A stretch of 64,000 nucleotides of DNA, filler included, from Porpidia crustulata (taxonomy: Eukaryota): the NCBI GenBank assembly GCA_964255105.1. It is 18 parts of 18 records of this genome, joined end to end, with 100 filler letters (N's around TTAATTAATTAA, not from the genome) between each part and the next. Parts side by side here need not be neighbours in the genome. Positions count along the whole stretch, not along the records: positions 25,690 to 29,231 come from CAXUWE010002291.1; positions 29,332 to 32,865 come from CAXUWE010002293.1; positions 32,966 to 36,497 come from CAXUWE010002294.1; positions 36,598 to 40,128 come from CAXUWE010002295.1; 14 more parts are not named here. One strand, written 5' to 3'. Under the pieces are notes generated by a model, which was given only the letters and a program-made list of their open reading frames with translations, was not told the DNA's origin and made no database searches. Each line of letters begins with the position of its first letter. Positions within the stretch are counted from its first letter, which is position 1. Position numbers and translations under genes: made by a program. Shown here piece after piece: positions 25,753 to 38,390 of the stretch.

Positions 25753-26756
25753 TAGTCAAGAGCTAAACCCACTGGGTACTTTCCTTCAAAGGTGTGGAAA
25801 ATTCGGTGCTCATAAAGTCAACTTAATATCGGGCCTATCAGGTCTTCAATGGTCAACGATCAGAGGTAGAAGAACGTTAGGCACTAATATAATGCTCTCA
25901 GATATTGTCTATGAGATAAGCTGTATGTGAATCAATGCGATGAGAACATTTCTCTCCGATATGTTTGCCAATGGATATTCTAAGCCAGGATGGAGTGACT
26001 AAAGCCCCCTAGTGTGAGAGCTGCTGTATTGAATCAAGACCAGCTTCTTTACTACGTTTTCTGTAAGATCTTCCTGTAACGTTTATCTGCGACTTTTGAT
26101 TCCCGAGACTGCCAAGGCTGCTTAGTCATTTAGCCGCTGGAGCCGCACTAGGCGACTTCTGGAACACCAATGTCGAGATTTGGGCATAGCGACAATAGCG
26201 TTGCAAACAATCACAACACATTGCTTCCTCATCTCGTCTATCTCGCGATCAATCATTGAACATATTGTTTTGAAAGAAGCGAGCCCAGTAGTACCTTGAC
26301 AGCCACAGCGTGGAATACAAAAATTGGTAGAGGCATCGTCAGGTCCGTGAGCTCCCTCATAGCATTAATAGCGAGACCACTAAGGATCGATGCAGTTGCA
26401 AATGCCTTATTAAATCACGATAGTAGCGGTCAATATCACAAATTTCCGCAAACGGGATAGGCAGTAGCTCTGGCGTCAACAGCGAGCACAGCCACACGAA
26501 AGCCCGTCAACCTACATTGTCGAAGAATTTGTTACAGCGCTGTCTTGACCACTGGCCGTAAGCAAACTACTTACAGTCGAAGTAGAGAGACTCAAGCTAT
26601 AAGATTTGTCAAGCAAGTCCAGAAGAGACCTATGATCGAACGAAGACTTTACCGAAAGCCCTATCCTCCCACTACTCCACAACGTGCAATAACTACAAGC
26701 ACCACACGCAGGAAATCCGCGAATAACATCATCCGTCCCACCGCACAGTCTGTCAA

Positions 26757-29105
26757 ATGGCAGATGGTGCTTTCAGGTTCCAGCAGCCTGGACCTGGACA
26801 GTACTACTATCCCCAGCATAACCAACAAACCCACCACAATCGTCATTTAGCCCGCAACGGATCCCCAGTGAACACTGGAAGGGGGAGTTACACAAACGAC
26901 ACACCCTCGCCTTCCCGCTCCCCAGTCTCACAAGCCTCGTCTCATAATCCATACGGCATGTTCAACCCAAGTCACCAACAAGGGCAGCATGTGATGATGA
27001 ATGGGGGGCAGGGGCACCAGAGATATATGCAAATGAGTATGGCACACAAGTATCAGCACCAAACACACCAGCAACACCACGGGCAGCAGAGCCATCACCA
27101 TCAGCAACAGAATCACGTTGCTGGCCATGGAGGCGTTAGCCATCAACATACATTTTCCTCTGGGACAATGTCCAACGTTACTCCGCATTTTACACCAGCC
27201 AACCTTCAGAATGGCAACTCATCCAATGGACAATCAGGCGTCAACGAGATTGTGAGTAAGCATTGGCAGGATCAGTTACATTTGGCTGCAGAAGCAAGAC
27301 AGTCCATCTCGAACCCACACCATCATTGTAAGAAGGAGGGCGTGTCCCGCGTGAGTAAGGGATTACCGGATTCATCGTCAGAAGATCCACCAACTGAGAA
27401 CGAGCATATGGAACGCAATCGAACTACGTTGAAAGGGGAGGTTCGGCGCCAGGATTGGGATGCCATGGACCTCAGCGGGCAAGGCCTTCGAGCCCTTTCG
27501 TCATCCCTGTTCCACGATTACATGTTTCTCGGGAAGCTTTACATTGATAACAATAAGCTTACGCGACTTCCCCCTGGAATTGGGCATCTAAGACGTCTCA
27601 CTCATCTCGATGCTTCCAACAACCAGCTGAGAGAGATTCCAGGGGAGATTGGCATGCTTGTCTACCTGAAGTCTCTTTTGCTATTCGACAACCAAATACA
27701 ATTGCTGCCTTTCGAGATTGGCTACCTCCACAACCTGGACACTCTAGGGATTGAAGGGAATCCTCTGGAGGAAGGTCTGAAAGATGAGATTGTGCAAAAT
27801 GGAACCAAGGCTCTCGTAACACATCTCCGGGAGAATATGGCAGGTAAGAGTCTTCTAATTGCCCCCCCTTTTCGAAAGCTTTTACATGATCGCTAAACAA
27901 TGATAGCTGGCCCTCCTCCGAATGAGCGCGATTGGCACGTGCTAGACGATACTCCGGCGCAAGAAATTGTCACGGTCCTTTCTTATAATATATTATGTGA
28001 CAAGTACGCCACAGCTCAACAGTATGGCTATACGCCGTCGGCTGTACTATCCTGGAGCTACCGGAAGGAGGTCATCATTGGGGAGGTGAGGGACCACGAC
28101 ACGGATTTCGTATGCTTACAAGAGGTCGATCAAGAGAACTATGATGGATTCTTTCGACGAGAACTAGCCTACAACAATTATCGGGGCGTTTTCTGGCCCA
28201 AGTCAAGGGCAAAGACAATGGCAGAGAAGGAGGCCAAGCTTGTCGACGGATGCGCAATCTTCTACAAGGCCAGCAAATATATACTTCTGGACAAACATCT
28301 CATTGATTTTGCAAATACCGCAATCAACAGGCCAGACATGAAAGGCGAGCACGACACATTTAATCGTGTCATGCCTCGAGACAACATTGCGGTGGTAACT
28401 TTCTTCGAGAACAGGCTTACTGGATCTAGAATGATCGTCGTTAACGCCCACATATACTGGGATCCTGCGTATGAAGACGTCAAGATCGTTCAAGTAGCAA
28501 TTCTATTAGAACAAGTGTCCAAATTGGCAGAAAAGTGGGCAAAACATCCGCCATGTACGGACAAAGCAGCGTTTCGACATACCGAAGTAGACGGTGAAAC
28601 CGTCTCCGAGTCGCCGGAAGAGTCTCCTCCGGAGCCTAGTCCCTCCATTGAATATTCCTCTGGACCGCAGGTACCCCTTATCGTCTGCGGTGACTTTAAT
28701 TCCGCCGAAGGCTCCGGCGTCTATGATCTGATCACTCGTGGCAGCCTGGCTGGCGACCATTCTGACTTGTCAAATCGGGGCTATGGAAACTTCACTCGTG
28801 ACGGCATGGCCCACCCTTTCACGCTTAAATCAGCCTACAATGGTACAGACGAACTGAGTTTCACCAACTACACACCCAATTTTACGGGCTTCATCGACTA
28901 TGTTTGGTATTCGGCAAATTCGCTCCAGATTCGGGGTGTGCTTGGGGACGTGGATCAAGATTATTTGAACAAGGTTCCCGGGTTTCCCAACCATCATTTT
29001 CCTAGCGATCATTTGGCGTTAAAGGCGGAATTTTCGGTAAAAGCACGGAAAGAGCGTAAGGTCACCGAGGCCGATTTTGGCGCACAGAGGGAGAGACGGA
29101 ATTGA
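26757..29105 (+). CDS. CCR4: CCR4 deadenylase of the CCR4-NOT complex; exons 26757-27843 and 27907-29105
   Basis: Q/H-rich N-terminus, leucine-rich repeats (LYIDNNKLTRLP, LDASNNQL), and an EEP nuclease domain with SYNILC, CLQEV, CGDFNS, FTNYT and PSDH. Confidence 0.97.
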
Positions 29106-30159
29106 GCTACAGCATATCGTCACGCACCCCAGCATCTCGACCATTTCTTTTCAACTCTCCGCCAAGGATCCTTCCGGGCGTTTGTATCTTATCGACTGGG
29201 TCCAAGATCCTTGGACAACATACAACGGTGGNNNNNNNNNNNNNNNNNNNNNNNNNNNNNNNNNNNNNNNNNNNNTTAATTAATTAANNNNNNNNNNNNN
29301 NNNNNNNNNNNNNNNNNNNNNNNNNNNNNNNGTATGGGACTGAGCTGAGGAGTGCCCGTAAAGAGGACACTCCTCTGTGTTTTGACTTAGCGAGTCGTGA
29401 TATCTTGAAGATTGCGCTGGTCGTGGAGGCAAAGTAAGGCTGAGACAACGAAACGCCCTACTTTTTCTGCTACTTTCGGTCGAGATTTATGTTTAATTTG
29501 GTTTTGCGGACCATGTGCCATATGGCTGATGGAGCGCTCTATGGTGTTTGATCTAGTGTACGATCTTTCTCCGGTTGAATTCGACAATGAAGCTTTTTTG
29601 AAGATGCCGTACGGCGTGTTAGTATTCATTCCTACTGCTGCTGATCCCCGCAAAGACTCAAGGGCCTCAACTTCGGTTGAATGTCGGGATAGCGAAGGTT
29701 CAAATGAACTAGCAAAGACTCATGTCGTATTGACGACTGTACTCACTTGAGTCGTGAGCATCGCATATCTTTGTAGAATCGATGTCATTTTCTGTCGTTG
29801 GTGAACGCTGCTTGGGGCATCTGTTGGGCCCATGCTGCATATTAGCAAACTTTGATCCATGGGAGGGTACTCTAGTAGTCTTAGAGGTTCTTGGTCGTGA
29901 TAAGGAAGATTCCTGACAGTTCGCTTATCTTGATACGGTTAGCGTGGCTTTTCAGAATAACGTGTTTCAAACGAAGGTGTAGGGCTGAATTTGCAGTCTA
30001 GCGATTCGCGATCATGATATCAACAAATCAGAAGCAAAGCAGAATTACTTCTTACGAATCTACATTGATAATATGGGAGCTCTTCATCCCCAATATGAAT
30101 ATCATGGAATAAGGCATGTCAAAGCTTGAGTGACTGTCAAGCAATCTCAGCGCTTCACA

Positions 30160-32865
30160 ATGGCTTCCAACAGCCCCGACACCGAAAGTAAGAAGCGAAG
30201 ACAACCTATCAATCAGATAAAGCGCGATCAACCCTTGACATTTGCTACACGTCGATACGCTCCGTCGCGGCAAGCGCCCGACTTCAATACCGACAGTCTC
30301 AACACATCTTACATCCCAAGTCCTAGTCCTACTAAGAAGAGTGCGAGGCCTAGCATCGCCGCGAGACCTCGACAGACACTAGATGCGCCCACGCGAAGAT
30401 CGCTGGCATCAACGTTCAAATCTACTTCTCCTACAAACGACGAAAATAGACCTCCATCCTCGTCATCCTCCCCTGGCCAGAAGCGCGTTCATCAGAAGTT
30501 CAAGCCTCGTCCAACCCCAGCCAACCCACGAAGCGTGTCAAAACCGACGAGCAAAGCAGATGACCATGCTCGAGTGCAGACTCCAAGTCCAACGCGAGGG
30601 CGCACATCCTCGATAGTGTCTCCTCTATCTTCTGCATCCTCTCCTCCACGCGGTCTTGCTGAAGCATACCAGCGGATAGATGACGAGGAAAATCTAGCGC
30701 AGGAAGAGTCAATAGATGATATAGAGGCATACCAATATCCACAACCCCTCTCCGACAGGTCTCGAGAAGCAGATCTCGCGAGGATGCAGCGAATACGAGA
30801 CCCTCCCTCACCAATTTCGTTGAAAGCTTCCCGAAGATCCTCGCCCCGGACTTCTATTGAGGAGCAAGTGCCAGTCGAAGATCAGCTGGGAGGGGATATG
30901 ACGCTACAGTCAGATACTGCATCAGTCATGTCGAGTCTCGACAGCATACGGGATGGATCAGCCGCAAGAGCAGACTCGCAATACGCCAGAGATGCGCATA
31001 GGCTGCATGGTGTACTACAAGGCCAGGTGTTTAGAAAAGCGCGAATTGGTGAGAAGGTGGGGTTGACTGTAGAGAATCTCCGGCGGCGCAATGGAAGCAA
31101 CGAGTCACTAAGGAGCGCATTCGGTGGAGGGAGTGTAAGTAGTAAAGCATCGGATCCGTCGCTGAATGTGCCCAAGGACTGGGCTCGTAAAGCGAGACCA
31201 AGCAGGGATTGGCTTAGTCGGATCAACAGCAAGAGTGGAAAGTTCACCGGAGACGTCCCGAAAATGCAACGTCTCGAGAGCCCAGCCGTGGTTGAATCAC
31301 CAAGGCGAGAGTGGGAGGACCCTATAGATGAGTGGATCAAAGCTGCAGCGGATACACCGCTTCCATCAGGTAAAGATGGATCATCACAGCCACCGCCGTC
31401 ATCTCGAAGCTCAACTCCTACGAATGCTAGACGCAATGAGGCCGCGCATGAGAAGATCGAGGATTGGGAGATGAACGACGATGAATTCACCGGACGGTTC
31501 CTGCAAGTCTCTGAAAGTCCACCGATACAAATTCGGAACACCGCGCTTGACCGCATTCGTGAAAGAGAAATCGAAAGTGTCGAGAAAAGGGCCGTAACGA
31601 CAAGTCGGTTGGGCGCGCTCCGCGAAAAACCATCTAAGACTCCGCCACGGAGGCCAAGCTCATCTTCTGAGGGTCACCATCATATGCATGGCGACACTAA
31701 CGGATCCCCGCAAAGGCGAAGGTCGTCTCTAAATTCTCGTCTCAATCAGCTATCTGATATTGGGAGCCATCGTACAAAGGTAGAGGTGGCCATTGATGAA
31801 GGCGATCCTATTCCCGATACGCCGGTGGTTGTATTTAAGAATAGTCCACAAGAGAATGATCCCGAGGGAAAAAGTGCAAGATCGACCCGCCGGCCGAGTC
31901 ATGAACGGCGAGACTCACACAGTCTGCTCAAAAGCCTGGCAAGGGCATCCAGTGCAAGTCCAAGCTCGGCAAGAGAGGAAATTGATTCGCAAGCTGCTTC
32001 CAAGAAGAAAGGCAAATATACCCAGCCATCAGACCACGCCGATGAAAATCGAAAGAGCGCGAGATCTAATAGTTCGGAATCGGGACCAGCGCCTGACAGC
32101 AGGATTGACGAAACACTCCTGAGTACAGAACCCGCTGTAGTTCTCAAAACCCCGGTCGTCAGTGGCGCTTGGATTGACCAAGTAGAAGCCACCCCAAAAC
32201 CCTCACTATCCTCTATCAACCTCAAAACGCCCCTCGTAACCGGCGCCTGGATCGACACACCCCTTCCCACGGGCGGCAGAGGCCCTCCAATGCCCACACC
32301 CTCCGATCTGTATGAAGAAAAAGACTTGACCATGAATCTCGACGACGATATCCGAAAGCTCGCCGCTACAGACCTCATCCGCAAGCTCAGCCCCAATGCG
32401 AAATCTCAAAAGGCGCAACCACTCAAGAATTCCGGGCCGCGTCTGCCGAAATCGGCCCTCGAAGCAATTATCGCGGACGCGAAGTCGAACCCCAGAGACC
32501 CGAAGATGACGACTTCGTCTCCAATTTCCGATTCAGAGGGAGATTCGCCTCTCCATCTCGGTAATTCGACAATTCAATCTCTAGAGGAGATTATGGAAAA
32601 CGATACCGACTTTGCCACTCTTCTAGCTCCCTCGCCTACCAGCGCTGCTCCTATTCAAGGAGACCAAGGAAAAGAGAATGAAAATAGGAATGAAAACATC
32701 ATCGACGACCAGAACCCCCTCCCTTCCATCAAAAAGAAAAGCCTCACAGACCTAAACTCCTACATCAGCCTCACCAACCGCCTCAACACCATCCTCCCCT
32801 CCCTCCGCTCCACGTCCCGCTCTCTCTCCTCCCTCTCCCACCTCCTTTCCACCTCCCGCTCCCCC
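30160..32865 (+). CDS. Large S/P/R-rich, largely disordered hypothetical protein, 3'-truncated
   Basis: Uninterrupted frame of about 900 codons with short ordered islands (DDEFTGRFLQVSESPPI; two KTPxVxGAWID motifs). Confidence 0.8.
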
Positions 32866-33988
32866 NNNNNNNNNNNNNNNNNNNNNNNNNNNNNNNNNNN
32901 NNNNNNNNNTTAATTAATTAANNNNNNNNNNNNNNNNNNNNNNNNNNNNNNNNNNNNNNNNNNNNGAAATGATGTGCTGATGGGAGAATGGGGTGGAAGA
33001 TAGAGGGAGGATGAGAGATTAAGAGGGTAGTGGAAGATGGAAAGATAAAGTGAAGGAAGATCGTGTTGAACTGTCAAGTAGCGCTGTACATCGATCGTAG
33101 CAATCACTCTCTAACTGCATACAACATAAACGATAGTGTCGTTCAACACCAGTACATTACGGAAGTGAATCATAGCAATCTCACAGATAAAAGATTCCAA
33201 ATTCTTACAAGAGCGTAAAATGCATAAACCCCATTATCCTCACGACGTTATGATTTGCCAAAAGAAAAATCAATACCCGAGAGAAAGCGAACCGCATAAT
33301 CATACCTGATCACGATACTATGATACAATATGGCCGAAGCGCAAGATTGTGCAAACACGTTTTAGACAGGAACAGGCAGTGAGAAGATTGCGCGCGCAGT
33401 TCTCCGATTTGTCTAGGACCGGACGTTGGTTGGTTGATTGTGTTTTGATATACCCCAATATTCATCAGGTGGCTGCTTCGTTTTGAAGTTTTTTTAATTT
33501 TTATTTTTAATCGAAGGATCAAAATCAGCTTTTTACTATGATATAGTTATCTACGCTTTGTTGAGCCAACCCACATTAAGTGCAAAAATAGAGCCAACCC
33601 TAACCCTAGGTTGGCTGGCCTCTTACTAGGAGTAATGCCAGCATAGTTGACAGGCATACCGCACACCGAGCTTTTCTTTCTACTGCTTTTTCATTATCTT
33701 TCACTCAGCTATCGAAACATCACATGCTCAGTATCATTCAGATTAAATTCCGAGGAAGGAAAGCTCGTGCACGTCGCAAAAACCTCTGTATCGATACACT
33801 ATGACATATTGTTGCGACTTCGACTTCTCGTCTTTCATGGTTCTGTGAAACAATCATATCTTTCTCTTGTGGTCTGCGTTTGACGTATAATCTTGCGGAT
33901 TTCAGTTCTACGAGATGACTCTCGTGCTTCAGTGTTATGCAGTGTACCTCAATCTTTGAGGACGATAATTGAAACTACTACAGGTACC

Positions 33989-36158
33989 ATGGCTGCAGCC
34001 CAACAGCTCGGTCTCTCTTTGGTAAAGGACTTTTCTGGTAAGCACGGGCAAGCGTTGTTAGGGATCGACCCAAAAACCAGTAGAGCCATTTTTGCACCGA
34101 ATACTGTTTCTCTTTGCCATGTCTGTCAGAGTATACGATTCTGGGATGGAAGATATAAGAAGCACCTCAGCCGATCCCGTGACCTTCCCTCTTCCGCTCT
34201 CGGCTGTTCCCTGTGTGTAATGCTGAATGCGAAAGTACGTGAGGTGTATGGTCGTCTCGGTTTCGAGCTCGCAGATTATCCTGCAAGGCTTTCTATTGAC
34301 CCCATTCGTGCGACAGCTGTCACCCGAGAAGCGATGGGAGAGGGACTCAAGGAGGAGCTTCTACCGTACTTGTTCTTCAATATTGAATGGGTCGGTGCCG
34401 ATACTGCGATCAAGGTCGATTGCCCACTATACGCCTCGCCAGGTATGTCACCATCTAAGTGTGTCCACCCACCTGAAACACTGAACTTTTACAGAAACCC
34501 AAGCCGCGACAGCGTTCAAAACGCAGACAAAGAAGGTAATTACAAACACTGGCTTCCCAGGTGCTCATCGTCTTGTTACCGAATGGCTAGAGAGATGTAT
34601 CCTCTCCCACGAGGACTGCAGGCAGACGGTGTCAGGGGAAACAATTGTGGAAGATATGGAGCCAGAGCTGCCCAAAAGGGTCATTGATGTTCTGCCTCCG
34701 CTTGGACATGAATACGTGTGCCTAATTGAGGCACGCGGCTCTCACGACCACTATGCAGCTTTGAGCCATTGTTGGGGCCCTCAGAATCTGCGTCCGCTCA
34801 CAATAACCATCAGTACCTTGCAGGACAGACTGCGCGGTATTGAAATTAGGAACCGGCCAAAATCATTTCAAGATGCGGTTTCTGTGGCGAGAGCATCTGG
34901 AATACGATATCTATGGATTGATTCTCTTTGCATTGTTCAGGATGACCACGATGACTGGCTTGAGCAGTCTCAGCAGATGGGAACGTTCTATGAAAGAAGC
35001 CGCTTCACGATAGCTGCGGCTGATGCGGTCAACTCCCACCAAGGTTTCTTTAGGACGCTACCACGAAAGGCTATTCCCATTACGTATCATGATAAAAGCG
35101 GCAAGGAGCGCGGATCAATCTTTGTCATGGAGCCAGAGGAGCCTTCTAGGTTGGAAGGGTCACCGTTGGCAACTAGAGCATGGGTGACTCAAGAAATAAT
35201 TCTCTCCAGAAGGATCATATCCTACACTGAATACGGTCTATTGTGGTCGTGCATGCGCAGAAACGAAACAGAAGTGGGTGAGAAATCCGTGATTGGCTCT
35301 ATCTTCGAACGCTCCACCGATTGGTCTGAGATTGTCTCGCTATATTCAGCCAAGCAGCTTACTTACCCCAAGGACAAGCTGATTGCTTTGCAAGGGATCG
35401 CGAATTCGTTGCAGAAGAAATCGCAGGACTCGTATCTTTCCGTACTGTGGGCCAGTGGTTTACCATCGAATTTACTGTGGTCCGTCAAAACTCAAGACTT
35501 CAGAGACGCGAAAAGACTGCCTGAAACGCTAAACCTCCCTTCCTGGTCTTGGGTCTCTGTCCAAGCCCCCATCAGTCCTTCGATCCCTGGGATGTGGGCG
35601 ATAAGAGCCAAGCTGGCCTGTGGTGAGGTCATCGTCAAGGAAGAAGGAGGCCGCATTCGACTACAGGTGGACGGCCTCCTTGCCCGAGCTCCCGAATTAG
35701 CGATCGAAGTGACGGAAGCCGTTGCTACCCACGCCCACATCAGCTGGAACTCGCTCGTATCAGGACTAGAAGGTGAAAAGATGCTACGAATCGATAAGAC
35801 GAGGAGGTTAGTCCCTTTGAATCAGGTTGAAATGCCGGACGACTTGCGCTACGCCTTCCAGCAAGGGCCAAACACACTTCCAGCTGCAATAAAGGTGTGC
35901 AAATGCGAGAAAAATACAGATTATGTGATTGGCTGGTGCCTGATGGATGACGGGAGAGACATCGCTAGCGAGGCGTTTGTCTTGAGACTCATGTGTCAAG
36001 AAAGTCTGCTGGGGACCATCTCCAATTTCGTTCTTTTCCTGCAGCGCTGCGAGGGCGGGTCGGAGATGTATCGGCGCATAGGAATGGGAATGATCAACGA
36101 TCAACAGCACAGCAAGTGGTTCAAAGGAACCAATCAACGGAAAATCTGTATTATCTGA
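33989..36158 (+). CDS. HET (heterokaryon incompatibility) domain protein; exons 33989-34442 and 34495-36158
   Basis: WLERCILSHEDC, LPKRVIDV, YAALSHCWG, FQDAV, RYLWIDSLCIVQDD, PLATRAWVTQE, YSAKQLT...DKLIALQGIA, PSWSW and YRRIG. Confidence 0.93.
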
Positions 36159-36597
36159 TTTTCATCAGACTGTACGTCCTAATGGCGAGCGCCGCCACTT
36201 GATGGGAGACATAAACGTCGTCCCACACCACACATCGAACGCAATGCTTGAGCAAAATGTCCATGTTTGCTGAAATGAGGGCATTCCATTCCCCGAGCAC
36301 TTCACGCTCGCCCCAACCATGCGTCGTCGTCCATCTCTCACCGACCAAATTCATCGAAAATGCTCCACCGCTTGCAACCGTCGATGGTGGTAAGCGCGAC
36401 AGAGGCATCAGCCAAACCAAAAGCCTAATCGCAGATGAAATTGCAAGTCCGAGCGCCTCCTTGCTCCCACGGCCCCCCTTGCCAATAGGTTTTCTTTNNN
36501 NNNNNNNNNNNNNNNNNNNNNNNNNNNNNNNNNNNNNNNNNTTAATTAATTAANNNNNNNNNNNNNNNNNNNNNNNNNNNNNNNNNNNNNNNNNNNN

Positions 36598-38390
36598 CCA
36601 CCACCACCATCGGCCACACCACCGCCACCCCCGCCGCAACCTGCAACACGCTCTTCTGCCTTCTCGCCTTGCGCGTGACCTCGCTCATCCGCTCATTGCC
36701 AAACGCCACCCGGCTGTACAACGTCGCCCACTGCAGCCACGGGAACCAAACGTCCAGGTGCTCCTCGATCCACTTGCGCGCCTGCGTCGGGTAGCTCAGG
36801 ACCCCGACCCGCAGCTCCTCATAGTTGGCCAGCGCTAGCTCGTTCATCGCGTGCACGTCCGGCATCCGGCTGCGCGTGTACCGCTCCAGTCGGTTTGAAA
36901 AGGGGGCGGCGGCGTCGGCGCTCTGCTGCTGCTGATGCTGCCCGACTTGGGGTTGGCCGGCGGCGTCATCGTCGGTGTCGTCGCGGTCGAGGAAGTCTTC
37001 GAAGAGAAGGCGGACGTCTTCGAAGCCCGTGTTCATGCCTTGGCCGTAGAAAGGGACCATGGCGTGAGCGGCGTCGCCGACGATGATGCACGAGTCGCGG
37101 TAATGGTAAGGGCCGCATTTGATGTCTATGAGGGGGAGGTGGCGGTTTCGGACGAATTGGGAGTGAATGGCTTCGGGGCGAATGAGGTCGGGGACTACGC
37201 CGGGGAAATGGGTTTTGAAGAAATTGATCAAGTCGTCTGGGGAACCTGCTTCTAATTCAAGGAAGATGGCCTCGGAGGCAAAAAGGTTGCAGGTGAACGT
37301 TCCGTTCTGTAAACTTCATTAGAAATAATACACGATAACGGGCAAGGTTTTGTTTACAGTATCGGGTGCGGCGAAGAACATAAACTTGGGATGTGGCCAA
37401 ATGTGCAGATGGTTTGGTGACATCTTATAGTCTCCCCGAGCCGTCGCAGGCGCGATAAATTCACACCAAAACGTATCGATCCATGTTTGTTGGAGGTCGA
37501 CCCGAGTATGTTTCATAAGCTGGTGTCTTGTTGCAGAGTGTGCTCCATCGGCGCCAATGCATTGGTCGAATTCGACCTCGGCCAGCTCAGCCGGTCTATC
37601 TTCAACAATTTCTACCAGCGTTGCCGGCGGCTCCTTTTCGCCGGCTCCATAGGGAAATGTTCGTTTGAAGACGGCCTTTTTAAAATTGAAATCGGCGCTG
37701 ACGAGTTGATGATTGTAAAATATTTGCACATTCGGATCCAGTTCGAGTTCCCGTAAAAGTCGTTGGTTTAGCTTCTCTCGGTCAACTACTTGAAGACACT
37801 GGGTGCGAAACATTAATGATTATCCTTGCAAAAATTATGATGTACCCACTCGGCCGTGAACGTCGTATTGCATTGCTTTTTCAGTCAATCCTCCCATGAT
37901 GGATTTCCCGTGAACCATACGCCCATATACAGGGATAGTCTCGCTGAGTATGTCTTCTAATAATTGGGGATTGCCGCTATGGCCCAAGCCCTGTATACCA
38001 CGTTCCGAAAGGGTAAGATTGATCGACTTTGTGAAATTTAAAGGAACCACGGTGGGTAGGGTAAGATCTAATCGCTCTCGTTTTAACATATATATCAAGG
38101 CTTTCCAAAAATCTTACTTGTCTCCTAGAGTAGCACAACATTTGAAATAATTCAATGGGGAGCCCACGAGCCGGTGGTCGAAAAATGTTGGAGAAAAATC
38201 GATTAAGAACCAAAATCATCCAATCAAAGGGATACAATTCCAAAGAAAACGTAATAGAGCTCGACTCACCGTCGCGCAGCTCGTAAACTTCGACTTGGTA
38301 ACCCCGCCTAGAGGCATATACAGCTGCCAACGCCCCGACAGGACCAGCCCCGATGATGACCATCTTCTTTCCCTGCCCATTTGGGTACAT
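36598..38390 (-). CDS. BNA4: Kynurenine 3-monooxygenase-like FAD monooxygenase, 3'-truncated; exons 38390-38270, 38067-37850, 37798-37358, 37306-36598
   Basis: GAGPVG dinucleotide motif, [46 protein letters not shown] and LALANYEE. Confidence 0.9.

Noticed and set aside
30882..32396. Long antisense ORFs (also 125-526, 5444-5977, 17580-17921, 22762-23238)
   Set aside because: They are shadows of real genes on the opposite strand.
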